A DNA stretch of 64,000 nucleotides from Lama guanicoe (lineage: Eukaryota): the NCBI GenBank assembly GCA_013239625.1, contig MU054212.1, positions 3,935,922 to 3,999,921 on the forward strand. The letters are read 5' to 3'. The translations under genes and the position numbers were made by a program. The notes beneath the pieces were generated by a model. That model was not told the DNA's origin, did no database searches, and saw only the letters and a program-made list of their open reading frames with translations. Below are positions 12,101 to 26,295 of the stretch, piece after piece (positions within the stretch are counted from its first letter, which is position 1; each line of letters begins with the position of its first letter).

Positions 12101-13639
12101 CTGTGAGAGAAAGCATGAGTGTCACGCTGGGTGTCAGCTAATGACTACAGTGCAAATTCAAAGACAAACCAAAACTCACTCAAAAAAATAATACAGATTA
12201 TTCTACTTAAGTATAATGTATAATAGTAATTCTAACAAAGCTTTGTAAACAATTACAAGCCTAGTTTTATTTATTTTATTCATTATTATTTATGTGACTT
12301 CAGTTTTTATTCATTTCTTCCTTTTCACAACTAAATACACATAGAAATAGAAAAATAGGAAAGAGAGAGAAGCAGAGTTTGACAACAGATCAGAAGTATG
12401 TTCCCTTTACTTCGCTCCAGAAGATGTTTTATAATAAAGAGCAACTAGAAACAAACCTCGTAAAACTCTAAATGCCAAACAAACCTCTTTGACTCTAAGC
12501 CAGATGAGAACACCGGGAACTGGTAACTTTCTGCAAAAAAAGGCTTTAGGACTTCAAATAAACAAGTCAGGAGCCATATAATAATTACCACAGAAAAATC
12601 AAATATTCAGTCACAACTCAGAAAGAACAACCGGTTGCATCCATTTTTTCACATTATAATTATATAATCTTCACATTATAATTATTATTGTAATCCAAAG
12701 CATTTCCCCAATGTGAGAAAAATGTTAAATGGTTGTGTCTCTCTATATACAAGAACATCTAGTTTTTCAGTCTGTTCCCTAAAAAGATGATAAATTATAG
12801 TCTGCAAAGAGACTCATACTTTAATTATTTAATTATTACCATTTAGTAAAGTTAATATTTACCTAAATAATTTATTTAAGCAATTTAAAACAATTTCAAC
12901 TGCAATTTTGTTCGAGTCCAATAATTTTTCTAGAGTAAATGGTTATATCTAATTGACCGATTTCCTATTTGGTTTTATCTGCAACTGTTTTTTAAGGAAG
13001 ATTGGAGGAAGTTAGGTTAGCTGAAACTATGATTAGTACTCTTACCAGGTCTTACTCCTAGAGATACAGTCAGCAACAAATATTTTTTTGGCACATACTG
13101 CCTAACAGTATATGAGTGGTACCAGGAATACAACAGGAAGTCAGACAGAGCCCACTCCTGTCCCAGTGGAGGGCTCCACACTGCAGATTCATGCCTGGCA
13201 GACAGAGAATCTTCAAACCTACTGTAAGTTGTGCTTTTATAAACTTTTAGTAAATCTTTGAGATTTCAGTGGTGAGAAACCAAAGTGTAGTTAGCAAGTT
13301 TCAAAAAAGTATTGAATGCCACAGCTATAAGGGTCTTGGAGATCAATTAGGCTGTTTCTTTCTTGTTTGAATATAAGCACCAATGTTTAATTTATAAACA
13401 AACGAAAAGTACACAAAAGCACAGAACTCTGAGGACTTCCTCCCACATGCTGGTAACGTTCTCTTCAGCATTTGTGGACTAAGCTAATGACAGTGAAAGA
13501 ACTATCTTGAATGTGTATGACAATGATTTCAATCATATCTAAAGTAATTTGAAGAATGGTGGCAAGAGTGTGGTGTTCACAGGGATTTGCATATTGGGCA
13601 ATAATCCTGAGGTCCCTAAGAGGAAGGAGTCAAAATCTC

Positions 13640-13780
13640 ATCTCCCTCCTTCATGTCACCATTGAAGTATAACTGAGGGTCAGAAATGACTGAACCATCT
13701 TTCCAAGGTCACACCCCCGGCCTGCAGGACAGTTAACTTGACAACACCAAGGTCTACTAGCTTCCCCCCAGGTAAGCTCT
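13640..13780 (-). mobile_element. MIR SINE
   Basis: aactgagggtcagaaatgactgaaccatctttccaaggtcaca matches the MIR core, reverse strand. Confidence 0.65.
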
Positions 13781-15071
13781 ACAGACACCTGCTTAGATGC
13801 TGCCTACAACCTTCCCTCCAGGGAAGACATTTCTCCTTCACCTGCAAAATTCAAAAGTCAACTCTGTGTATACATTCTACTGCGTTCCAGCAAATTCTTG
13901 GAAATGCTCTAAATGATTTTCTCCTTCCAATCTTATGGTAGATAAGAACTTAACAAAAGCTAAAATATAACTTCAGGGCGAAAGACAAACTTTCTTTTAT
14001 TGTACTGGAGAATGTTGCATCTATCATGATCTAGAAATACCCAGAAGCCAATATAGTATTTCTAATGCAGCATGTATCTTTCTGGTTTCAGAAAGGAAAA
14101 AAAAAAAAAAAGAGAAAGAAAGTCCTTTCATTCCTTTTCACAGTGCCTACAACTAGAACACTGAGATAAAGAGATGAAGCCTTAAATTTCTACACCCAAT
14201 AGTGGGAGAATCACAAGAGGACTGAAAAAGCTTTTGTCTCTGCAAGCTAATATCCAGTATGCTAGCCCTTTGAGCAGTTTACATTGATTTTGCATTTAAT
14301 CGCATAGGCCGACTTTTCCATATTTTCCAGGACAAAGTTGTAAAAATGATAGGATTGAGATATATTCTGATATGAAGCCAAAAGAAGAAAGTAAACTTAA
14401 GAGTACTAACTTCTGTACTACTAATATGATTACGAAGAGGTTTTTTTGTTTGTTTCTTTCGTATTAGAAATCAACTTCAAGGATCATAAGCCAAAATGAG
14501 AGCAGAGGTAAGAAAATTGTACTTTCTTCCCTTTCCCTCATTTCCCCCCACTATTCTTAAATTACTTTGAGAAAAAGGAAGAAAATGAAAAACACTCCCT
14601 GATATTTAACTGCCTTTCACCTGCTCTGTTCCTAACTGGGCTTAATCCTGTTGAGTTCAGTTAGCCAGCAGGCTTTGTCCTTCCGTCTGTCTGGCAAACA
14701 CTTCACAATTCTTCCGATACATTTTTGTAAAGTGGTGAAGGGGGAAAAAAAACCTCATTAATTTAAACCATCAAAGGAGCTAAAATAATATTTTGATGAG
14801 AATGAAGCAATTAATCCTAATAATTAACTCAAATTATTTTTTCAAAGTGTAAGTTTCCTGAACCTTCACAGAACAAGATACTTTAAAGGCAACATACTGA
14901 TCAGCTTTTTGAAGGAGCTGCCATTGGAAAATTAATTAACAAAATACTGATGGTTTTAGGTCACTCTCAAAGGGATTGTGAGGAAGCCACGTTGATAAAA
15001 ACTTTGTCTCCAAAGAAAAATGATAAATTTCTTTTTTCCATTTGATTAACTGACCTTTAAACACGCCCCCC

Positions 15072-15469
15072 TCTACAGTTTGCTCGGGCGGCCGTAGCCC
15101 AGTGGCACAGACTGGGTGGCTTACACAACATGTTTATTTTCTCACAGTTCAGGAGGCTGGGAGTCTGGGATCAACATGCCGACGGAGCTGCTTCTGCTGG
15201 GGAGCTTCTCTGCTTGGCTTATGGATGCCCATCTTCTCCCTGTGTCTTCAAATCATCTTCCTTCTGGGTGTGCCTGTGTCCTGATCTCCTCTTAGAAGGA
15301 CTCAGGGCACAGCAGATTAGAGCTCACTCTAATGACCTCATTTTCACTTGACCTTATTTTGACTTAATTACCTCTGGAAAGATCTTATCTCCAAATAGTC
15401 TTTTTTTTTTTGAGGAACTGTGGGTTCAACATACGAATTTGGGAGAGGGGACAAGTTCAGCCCATAACA
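15072..15469 (-). mobile_element. MaLR solo LTR, MLT1B-like
   Basis: cagactgggtggctta...ttttctcacagttcaggaggctgg...taatgacctcatttt...ttcagcccataaca follows the MLT1B consensus end to end; flanks ccccc/tcccc. Confidence 0.85.
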
Positions 15470-17424
15470 TCCCCACTAACCAAAATTTAACCCTTCATTT
15501 CTGAGTGGCTGTGCACTGTCTAATTTTCTCAGCCCAGCATTGTTTCTTTATCTCCAAGACCAAGGAAAGAAGACTGTGGGAAAGTCACAGCAATTACTAA
15601 TCACGATGCCAAACCAACAAGGGTTAGGGCTGGCTGTGGTCTAACCTTAGCCTTTTTGTAATTGCAGGAATGATTATTTTTGTGTATACATTTGGAATGG
15701 GTATTATAAAATGAACATAAATAAATAGAGGAACAGTTGGACACATACATTTTGTTACCCTTCCGCAGCCCAATATAATTAAAAGGCACTCAATCCAATT
15801 ATCAAAATCCCTTCAACAGCCTTATCTCAAGAAACAGGAATAAACTATTGATCAGAAGAGGAAAAAACAAACCAAAAACCCAAAAGCACGAAAACTGTAA
15901 AAGCCTCACAGGAACTAAGCAGTTGACAATCCTAACATATGTAACATTATTTAGTCCCGTGTCTTTGAGGAAACCACAGCAAGACAGAATCTACCATCCA
16001 GGGTGGTATCGAGTCACCCTTTCAGTACGTATTTCTCATTTTATTTACATCCCACAGAATGCATGAAACTATAGGATAAAGACAGAATCACAGAAATCTT
16101 CACATCTATCCTCGCATTTTAACAGTGAAGGATGAGGTCCATCAAAAAGAATTTTCCTCGACAACCCAGGGAATCATTCAATAGTCAAGTGGAGGCTACC
16201 GCCCTACATCTCAGCCACTACATGCTCTTTCCAAAGGCAACCAATGGATTTTGGGTACTTTTCATATTATTGAGCAAATCACAGATGTAGGTGACACTGA
16301 ACTGTCATTTCTGGTCATTCCGAAGGACTTGTTTAAAAACATAAATGTCAACAGAGTTGTTGGCCTCTTCATAAGAAGGTTGTCATCAACACCTGGAGCA
16401 GTGCTTTCATCATCTTTGCTTGTTCAAGAACACCTTTGAGAATACCGTTGATGATGTTACGAACCCCCTTCTCCAGAAAAAAAAATATACACACGCACAA
16501 AACTTGACATTTCATAAAAATCAAATACTTCCCCCAAAAGTACTTGAGAAGTAAAACCTCTGACACAGAAAGACAACAAAGCCTACGTCAGAAGACAATT
16601 CTAAGTGAAGCTTTTCACCCTTGAGTCTTTATCTTAATTAAAAGAGTTCCATGTAATAAAGCAACCAGGTGGGCGTGCTAACAAAGTTTCTGAAATTCAG
16701 TGAATAGAATATAGAGTCTCAAAGGTTTCTTTCTGCGCTTTACTCCATTCTAATCACACATGGAGGCCAGTATGTTAGCCGTGTCTGGTATGATTAAGAT
16801 AAATATGTCTTTATCTTCTAAAGTCTAAGCAAAGTTAAAAATAAAAGAAGACAAAACAAAGCATTTGACTGTTCTCAAAAACAATGAAACACTTGACGAA
16901 GTTCCGATAAAATGTTGTGAAAAACACTAATATTGCCAGCCGCTTGCATGATTAATACGATTTCCTTGACATATTCTATTTCATTCCTTCCTGTATTATA
17001 TTTTATACTGAAAAATAAAAACTTTGTCAAAACCCAGTAGAAATCTGAACATGCCTTTGTCACAAAGCAAATCATTATCAACCCCCAAAGTAAATTTCAG
17101 CCCCACTTTTAAAAAATGCGAAGGTCATGCAAATATAAGGAATTCGGCAGTTCCCAGATCCAAGAAGCATTTGTGGAGGTACATATGGGATGAAGAGAGA
17201 TGGGTCACTGTATGAACCAGGTTGCCCTGAAGGACAACTGGACACACTCTCACAGCCTAAGTATGAGCAAACCTGAGTTGATTCTTGCATCTGCTTAAAA
17301 ACTCTTAGGCTCAAATATGCAAAAAGGTACCTAAAGCTCTTCATCCTATTTCTGAAGAAATACATCCTACGTTTTTGAAATATTTTCTTTTCAGAAAAAA
17401 CTTCAGCTACCCTGGGGAAAGTCA

Positions 17425-17525
17425 CAACTGCTTTGGAGTTTGGTTTCCCTGGCTGTAAAAAAGGAGTTTTAAATAGATGATTCCTAAGGTCTCTGCCAGC
17501 TCGGAATACTGCATTTCTATGACTT
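17425..17525 (+). mobile_element. MIR3-like SINE fragment
   Basis: ggtttccctggctgtaaaa...tagatgattcctaaggtctctgccagctc...ttctatga. Confidence 0.65.
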
Positions 17526-17699
17526 CAAGTTTTCAACGAATGGGGGTGGGGATTTATAGCCAGACAGGCCAATTTAACTAAAAGTTGATCAAGTTTTGGA
17601 AAAGAACCTTTGAAGAATTTATAACATTACATATGTTTTTCCAATAATTCCTGATCATTGCTGCTTTAACTCATATTTTTCAGTGCTTAACAGCCCTTC

Positions 17700-17870
17700 T
17701 AAGCTCTAAAATCAGACTTCTCAGTTACGTAGGGACCCATGTTTCTCCCCCTGTAAATGGTCTGGCCAGACTTCAGGCCCCAGGGCTCTCTCATCTTTAT
17801 ATAAGCTTTGCCCAATACATCTTAGGACAGCACTCAGACTTCCAATAAATACTTGCTGAATTAATGAACA
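17700..17870 (+). mobile_element. L2 3' end
   Basis: Ends tccaataaatacttgctgaattaatgaac, the L2 terminus. Confidence 0.55.
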
Positions 17871-18389
17871 AACTTAGGATTTCTACGTATTAAGCACGAG
17901 GAGTTAAAAAAAAGAATCTGACTCTAGGTTTCCACATCCCAGGAAGCATCCAGAAGAGGGAATACAGGCACATTAAAAAAGAAATACAATGTGCCGAGGT
18001 TACGTTCCACTGCGGAGAGTACAGGAGGTGTAACAACACGGGAAAGGGGTGAATGGAAAGGTGTGAGGTATAAGAGCTCGTTACTGTGAACACCTGGGCG
18101 CATTCCAACGTCAGAAAATTCCCACCTTGGGAACGATGCACTTTGCACCCGCCCTGCTTCTCTTATCGGTTATTATGAAGGTGGTTCAGGCATTTTTTAT
18201 TCCTTAGTCTGGATCCAAGTGAAAACCCAGTAACACGAGTTGCAACTCCCTCTGCACTACTAGGTCTGTAAAAGGTACGTATTACAGACTTCAAATTTTT
18301 ACATACATAAAAAGCACATGGAATAACTCCAAAAAAAATGGAATGACCTTAACTGTGGCGAAGAAAAGGCTCTAGTGGGCAAGTATTTG

Positions 18390-19100
18390 GGTAAAAATTA
18401 AGATCAATGATTTTACACAAGACAAGATTCCAATTGTAAGTACTATTAGAAAAAGATCTATCCTTGGTAGTAATTAAAGATACATAAATTAAAGCAACCT
18501 TGAGATCCCATTTTATGGCTGCTAAGGAAGCAAGATTAAAAAAAATAACACATATAACACAATGACGGGGTAACTACTGTAAGGAATGCTATTAATTAAC
18601 AACACATTTTTCAACTCACAGTATGAAAATACACAACAAAAGCAATAAAATAGTTTCAAGTAATTCCACTCCTAGGAATATTATGCTCTAAAAATACCCC
18701 ACAAGAAATTTTAAAAATATAAGCACTGAGTTAGTTGTTCATTTGGCATTATCTATAATAACCAAAAAGTAGAACGAAATCCAAAATGATCAAATTAGGG
18801 AAGAATGTTAACAAATTAAAATATATCAACACAATCAAAGTCTGTATTCAGTACTTTATGATGACAAAGGCACTGCAGAGATAAACCGAAAAATCTGGTA
18901 GGAGGAAATGTACAAACTCTAAAATGCCACATGTACTTTGTAAATAAGAAGGAAACAGCATAAATCCACATTTGTTCTCTTGCAGCAGTGATGCTTAAAA
19001 TAAATGATAAGCGAGACACGTTCCCTACTCGAGAAAGATCATATGCAAAATTAAAAATCTGCCAATGTGGTAGAAGCATGCAAATTTATGGCATTAGATA
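18390..19100 (+). mobile_element. Old L1 (L1ME-like) ORF2 C-terminus/3' UTR fragment
   Basis: tccttggtagtaattaaagatacataaattaaagcaaccttgagatcccatttt gives SLVVIKDT*IKATLRSHF, similar to L1 ORF2 SLVIREMQIKTTMRYHF; also gtaattccactcctaggaata. Confidence 0.7.
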
Positions 19101-19829
19101 AATTTTCCCATGAACGTAAGTCATCTTTCAATGTCTAGCACACATGTCGCCTCTTTTCGCCGCCAATTCTCACAGCAGAAAGCAACATTTACTCCGACCT
19201 CTGTATTTCCAATGCATTCTGCTTAGACCTCTCCTGAGGTATTAATCAGGATCTCCTTTGCTGCAGAAGGTCCATGTGTACCTGTTCGGACTTGCGTGGG
19301 GGGAGGAATTGGTACCCCTTTGGCGCTTACGCACCTGCATCCACAAAGAACAGATGTGTGATCTGTATTTCCTGAACTTAGATATCTAAAACAAAGCTAG
19401 AAAAAAGACACCAAAGAGGGGTTGTAAATGGAGGTGAACAGTCTGAGTTCTCCTCCACATCTATGGGTTATAATATTTAGAAGAAAATGAAGCTATGTAG
19501 TTTGGCTCTTTTTAAGATACTGAATGCATATTAAAATATCAAACCCTTCTCCAACTTCATCAATGCAAAGAAGAGGTTGGACTGAAAAACCCTAATGGCT
19601 CCTGCAAGTGCATTCTTATCTAATCTGCAGTTCTCTCTGTATCTAAAATACACTGTACTGGACCTTAAATACACTAGGACACAGTTGCCATAAATGGCCA
19701 CTGAAATAAGAGATAAAAATAACTTTTATATACTTTTCAAAATCTTATAAGGTTTTCAAAATTTGATAAAGATGGATAGTGGTTTTTTGTTAATTTCCTT
19801 TTATTTTGAAACTATCTTAGAAAGATCAC

Positions 19830-20920
19830 AAAGGAATCTTGAAAACAGCAAAAGTCTCAACGTGCATATCCCATGGTCCAGAATTTCATTTGCAGAACAT
19901 TTATCCTGAGGAAATAATCATGTACTTGATAAAAGATTAAGCTACAAGGATGTTTATTCCAGAATAGCATATAATAGCAAAAAGTTGGGGGGAGGGTTAG
20001 CAAGTGCTCTATAAAAAGACTTCTATTAAATACACTGACAGCCCATCTGTATACTGTATTGCTACACAGGCATTAAAAAGATACTGAAGAATATTAAATG
20101 ACACAGGAAAATACTTAAAATACACCATTAAGGAAAAACGCACCAATGCACAGTGGAACTCAATTTTTGAAAAGTGGAAAAAAAAATCAAGTTCATTCTT
20201 GCTATTCTCTGTAGTTATGTTCTACACCGACTGAGGGAATACTTAATTTCTACTCCTAGGAGAAAGAGTTAGGGTCCTGCGAGCTTTTGGTCAGAACATT
20301 TTTGTCAACTAGTCAATACATAACATTGTTTTCTGTGTGTTTCTGTTTAAAGACACTTATTAAATATAATACTGTGAATTCATTAACACTGAGCACACAG
20401 CCAACAGCTCTATAGCGCATGCCTGAAAGAAACTGATCTAACGCACGAATTTTCTCCAAAAGGCACATCAGAGCCTTCTTGCACTTAGGAACGCTAGATA
20501 GTACTTCAGTACTACGCCTGTGAGTCCAACAAAATCACCAACAAAGTGTGCGAAAATGTGAAAACGTGGCACTACACAGACTGTAAAAAGGACACCTGCT
20601 TACAGGGTGAGGACTGAAACAAAGCAGAGGGCTGCTTTGTGCGGTATCTGCGGGCACGGTGTGTTAGGTGACAACCTTTGGCCATGTGGCACATGTCTGT
20701 GAATGACCTTGAAAGGGCTGTGAGTACTGATGTGGGGGTTAACAAAGCAATTTTAAGGAGCAGATGAATTCACAAATACAGAATCCGAGAACAGTGAGGA
20801 CTGACCGTCCATACACAGAGTTGTAGGGAATAACTAGACAGATAAACAGAAGTCTCTCCAGTGGCAGCCAAGTAGCTCTGTCACGAGAGATGCTTATTTT
20901 CTTCTTTTTGCTCATCTGCT
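19830..20920 (+). mobile_element. Old L1 (L1ME-like) 3' fragment interrupted by MER82
   Basis: ccagaatttcatttgcagaacatttatcctgaggaaataatc...gctacaaggatgtttatt; L1-like sequence resumes after about 20810. Confidence 0.65.
20188..20807. mobile_element. MER82 (Tigger/TcMar non-autonomous DNA transposon), near full length
   Basis: Colinear with the recalled MER82 consensus: gtagttatgttcta, gtgtgtttctgtttaaagacac, gccttcttgcacttaggaac, gaattcacaaatacagaatccg; degenerate terminal inverted repeats. Confidence 0.85.
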
Positions 20921-21934
20921 GTTTCAAAGTACACTTACCAGACTTCAGTTGTTTAAAATAAACACACGATTACCAATTCAAATTGTCTACAGTGAACATC
21001 AACTTTTTGATGAGAGGTAGAACACAGTTATTAACAACATTCTTTAAATTATGGTGCTTCCATTATATTTTAAGAGCCCTCTTTATACCATTAAACATTT
21101 GGTAATATTGAGAGTTACTTGACATTAACCACGTCCCCTAAATATTGGTGGTATTTGTTCTGTAGGAACTAAAAGGAATGCAGATCAAGAAAACTTTATA
21201 ATTCGATGGTGAAAATACCAGATTAAGAGAAAATAAACTCAAGTCATTTATATAATAAATAATTCATTTTCAAAAATATTGATGTTGTATCTCATTTTTT
21301 ATTTCTGCAGTCATAATAATGAGGTTTCTATCCATTGAAGGATTTCACTGAACACTTTTTTTATCAATTAAAATCTGAAAAGTTATTAGCTACACAGTAA
21401 AAATAAAGGCAATTAGCAAGAAGCCATTAGAAAGAAGTTTCTTAAGGGCAGAACCCACTCAAACCAAAGTGATTTAGAATGAAGAGAAGATAAATATTAA
21501 GTATAACTAAAGATAAATACAGACAAAATTAAATGTAAATATTAAATACCACGAGAATAGTGAAAAAAGAGGCCATGGAAATTGAAGAAAAATTGAGAGG
21601 CAATGTGATATTAAAGGAAAGAAAGAGCAAGTAAAATGGTGTGCAATTTCAGAGAAGAGACAAGTCTAGATCCTCCCGAGTATTTTTGAGTACATAAGGA
21701 ATAACCTTCAGCTTGACCTATATGTTAAACACAAAGGCCAGAGAATATTGTATTTCAAACCAACATCTGTGAAATTAACCAGGAAAACAGAAGTATTTCC
21801 AGATTTACAAAATGGAAACTTATGACTCTTTAACTTCTGTAATGAACATTCATCCATATTCAATCAATCCATCCATCAATATTTATTGAGCACTAGTGTT
21901 TGTAAAGGAGTGTGGACACTGAACAGATACCATG

Positions 21935-22422
21935 TGTGATGTTTAATTTTATGTGTCAACTTGACTGGGCCACAAGGTGCCCAGGTATTTGGTAAAACAC
22001 TACTCTGGGTGCTTTGGTGAGGGTGTTTTGGGGTGAAACTGACATCGAAATAGGTAGACTCAATAAAGCAGATTGCTCTCTCTACTGTGGGTGGGCCTCA
22101 TCTAATCAGTTGAAAACTATGGAATAAAAAGGCGTATCCTCCCCTCCAAAGAAAAGAGCATCTGTCCTGCCTGACTGCCTTTGAACTGTGACATCAGCTT
22201 TTTCCTGCTTTAGGTCTTGAGATGAAGCATCAACTTTTCCTGGGTCTTGAGCCTAAGGCCTTTGGGCCAGAAGTATACCACCTGCTCTCCTGGGTCTGTG
22301 GCTTATAGATCTTGGGACTTGTCAGTCTCCATATTCACTTGAACTAATTCCTTACAATAAATCATATTTGAGGATATATGTAATAACACATACATGAGTT
22401 TCTCCAGAGAACCCTTAACACA
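21935..22422 (+). mobile_element. ERVL solo LTR, MLT2B-like, inserted in a minus-strand L2 remnant
   Basis: Starts tgtgatgtttaattttatgtgtcaacttgactgggccac and ends tctccagagaacccttaacaca; left flank catccatcaatatttattgagcac is a reverse L2 3' end. Confidence 0.9.
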
Positions 22423-25384
22423 GCAAGACATCGTGCTAGACTCCCACCATATAAACGAGCAAGACAGAGGGCCCCAAGTTTCTGCAGATCTGGTGTACGA
22501 CACAACTTCTCTGTGGGCTTCAGTCTAGCTTGGTAGACTTCTCAGCCATGAGACACTCCAATGTCACTCACGTATGCATATTTAAAGAAATTCTAACAAA
22601 ACCTAAAAACCTTTCGTTGGAATCTAAGGAACTATACTTATTAGTAGTTATTACAGGAATTTAAGGCAGTAACTCACAACAGTCCACCACGTGGCAATGA
22701 TCTGTGTTAGCTCATCGGCTGACCCGTGTGTCCCCCTGAGCAAGAAGGTCTGAATGCAAGTGGGTAAGACTAACACCACAAAGAGGGGTAAACTGGAATT
22801 CACCGGGATTTTGTAAAATGTGTTAATAAGTATTAGCATCATATTATTTGGGGCACTTCATATCCGATCTCAACCCATACATTCTAGGACCTCCCTTCCT
22901 ACAGTGGAGAAGTGACCATCTAGTGCCCATGGTGATTTGGGAACGTAAAAGCCAGTATTTCACCTCTGACACAGCTATTGCTAAAAACTACGATTAACAT
23001 GGATGATTTGGATACCTTTCCAGTTACAGTACATTGAGAATACCTCAGTAGGAGGCTTCTCACTTAATATTTTTCATATCCAAACTTTTGTTCCAGAGTT
23101 CTCCAGAGCCTCCCACCTTTCATGATTTTCAGCTACACACACAGCCTCTACCTCCCTGGCAGTGACATCTGACCCCTGCGGCTATTTATGTGACCCTCCT
23201 GCGTACACACAACTTATTGTCATCTACCATAATGCAGCCAGTGGCGAATTTCCCTGACGCTCAAAGCCATCTGCACCTCTGTATGCATTTCTTTAATAGC
23301 ACCCTATTAACTAAAATTTTTCCGAAAGCCACCTGCAGACTTGACTGTCCCCACACCTGTGATTTATAAACAAATACACCGCAACACACTTTGGAATTTC
23401 AACTCACCCAGCTTCTTTAATACCTACGTGCAATTTTACTTGAGTAAAACAGTATGTTCGCCTGAAATAGCAGTCCTTGGGGACTCAGAGTTTTAAAGAG
23501 AGAAAGAATTGATTAAAGGACAGGAATAAACTTCTCTGGAATCCAGGAAACCAAACTGCATAGCTTGAAGCACACAATAGATTACAAAAATCTGCCTGGA
23601 GCATGAAAGGGTTTCTCATTTCCTTGATTGCTTAACAAGGATTCCAAAAACATAAAAGTAAAAAAAAAAAAAAATTAATTCACCCTACAAAGACTCCCTA
23701 CTTCGGTCTAAACGAACATCCTATCGAAGACAAAATTAGCCTCTTGTGCACCTGTTTCACTTTTTCTCTGCCCTCTCCATTTCCACCTACGTCTCTTTCT
23801 ATTTCTCAAACTGCTCAAGAGGGAACCGGCGATGGACGTGCAGTGTGAGAAGCTAAGGCATGTTCCCCTTTCCCAGGGCCATCTGGACAGAAATGAACCC
23901 CCCCCACCACCACCAGTCACAGCCACTCACTCCATGGGAGGGGCTGAAACTGCCTCTACTATGAGACTGGCCTGTGTCCTCCTTTCCCATTTAGAGGAGA
24001 AAGCAAAAGTGAGTGGCTCCTCCCTCTCTTTGGGGGAAATTGTATTTTCCATAAAGCAAGAAATCATGAGTTAATTTTAGTAGAAAAAAAATCTCTTCTT
24101 TTTTTAACTTTATTAAGTGGAGAAATGAAACCCCAAGTGTTTGGAACTGATTGACTGCAAAACGCCTAAAGAATTAAGAAATGAAAAATTTCAAACACAG
24201 TCTGGGTATTCTGACCTGTCTCTGCAAAATCATTTCTTCCAGCGTTTTGTTCTGTTTTGTTCTATTTTAACTAGAGACAGAGTACAGTACCATAGACTTG
24301 TATCTCTGCTTTCTGGCTCTATACATCCATCCTGTTGTCAAGGCTGTGGAACCTTCCACAGGACAAGAGGCTCATTTCCACACTGAGTAGCCATCAGTGA
24401 GTGACAGTAGCTGAGACCTTGGGGAAGAGCAACTGCAGACCAGATTATTATTTATTTTTTAATGAATATGCAAATCATTCCCTTGCCTTTTTTAAGTCAA
24501 GAGTTTAGGTACTTAATGTAAATTAAATATAGAAATTCCTAAAACTTGCAGTTTGAAGCAAATTATTGTCATTAGAGGCTATATTTATTTGGCTTTATCT
24601 GTGGGAGAGGTGGCAAGGGATGGGGGTTGTGGCCCCAAACTACTTATCTGAGAAATGGAAATTAGCAGGAAATGTAAGGTATAAAAATAGGCTAATACTG
24701 AGCAATGCTAATGATCTAAGAATCCTGAAACTCGCTTTCAGATTATAAAAAAATAAATTTAGAGTGCACATTTGAAGTCAGGAAAAATACATACACACAT
24801 ATAGCAGAGCTGCTTACAGTCATCAAAACATTACTTGCCTAGAAACACCGGCCTGTTTTCACTAGTTACTTAGTAGGTACTTGTAGTAGGTGGGTAATCA
24901 GTAAACAGCCAGTTAAGAAATAAGTGAAGTAATATAAGTAAGAGTCTTAAATTAAGCCCAACTGATACACTCTTAAATATATACCAAAAAAAAAAAAAGT
25001 CAACAGGATTTTTAATGCAATTAAAAGAAAAACGTATTTGGCTCTATAACATGAAAACAGGCTGCACACGTGAACACCGACACCAACAGGAGAAGCTGGA
25101 GAAGCACTTTTTCTGGCAAAATCAACCAGCTGTGGCCAGCGGCACTGAACTCTTGCTACGTGATGCCAACTGGCTTTCACTTTTTTCTATCCGCCTCTCC
25201 AAGAAAACAATCAGTGTTAATTCTGGTTGGTGATATTATTGATTTTGGTTACTTAAACAGATTTATAATGAAGGAATCCTGTAAATATGTTATCAACAGT
25301 TTCTGTTGGTTCTGTACCAAATATTATAACTGTGAAACTATTTACCACATACATATGCACTAAAAGCATTTGCTTCTAAAGAAA

Positions 25385-25626
25385 TTCGAGATTTGCAGAT
25401 CCTAACTACTATACATAAAATAGATAAACCACAGGCTTCTACTGCATAGCACAGGGAACTCTATTCAATATCTTGTAAGAACCTATAATAAAAAAAGAAT
25501 ATGAAAAGGCATATATGTATGTATATGTATGACTGAGAGATTACGCTGTACAACAGAAATTGTCACAACATTGTAAACTGACTATACTTCAATTAGAAAA
25601 AATAAAATTTTAAAAATTAATTAAAA
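25385..25626 (+). mobile_element. Lineage-specific L1 3' UTR fragment
   Basis: gagatttgcagatcctaactactata...tagcacagggaactctattcaatatcttgt...cacaacattgtaaactgactatacttcaat plus A-rich tail. Confidence 0.85.
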
Positions 25627-26124
25627 GTGCACAGGTATTTATTCTATACCATAAAACTCAGTTACATAAAAGCTGAAATTGTAATGACTGACATTTTGAA
25701 ATTAAGGGTTATAAACGGATGATATGTAATTTTCATCCTTCTTCAGACATTTAAAGAAAAGGAAGCCATGAAGAAATCCAGGAATTTAAACTAATTATCT
25801 TAAGCAGTATCCCTATTCCTGCCCATTATCTGATGAAGGTGCTATTAAAGATCACTAGTCCTAAAATTGGGTCACGAGAATTAGTAGAATTGTCCTCATC
25901 CAAGGAAACTTATTCTCATTCTTGCAATTAACTCACAAATTTAATTAAATATATTTTAGTAAGCAAAAAATAAAAGCATTTAACTATCAAGACATCTACA
26001 TGGATGCAACAACTAATTCACCATAATGGAGTATACTGAAAATAAAATTCACCCTCCAGCTTTACACCATGATTTTTTGAAGTGATATTAACGTTTATTG
26101 GAGAGAACTTTCCATGGTAAAAAT

Positions 26125-26295
26125 ACCTGGCCTCGGGCCAGGAGTCCAGGATTACAGTCCTTTTTGTACAGCTCTTCAGCTGTGTGTCCTTGGGCAAGTC
26201 ATTTAATTTCTCTGGACCGCATTTCCTTCCACTGTAAACTGAGAAGGTTGTGGCTGAAAAGCTCTGAAGTTCCATCTTGTTCTAATAACCTATGA
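26125..26295 (+). mobile_element. MIR/MIR3 SINE
   Basis: agctgtgtgtccttgggcaagtcatttaatttctctggaccgcatttccttccactgtaaa is the MIR core. Confidence 0.8.

Noticed and set aside
12648..12685. 16-bp tandem duplication ttcacattataattat
   Set aside because: Ordinary slippage duplication in AT-rich DNA.
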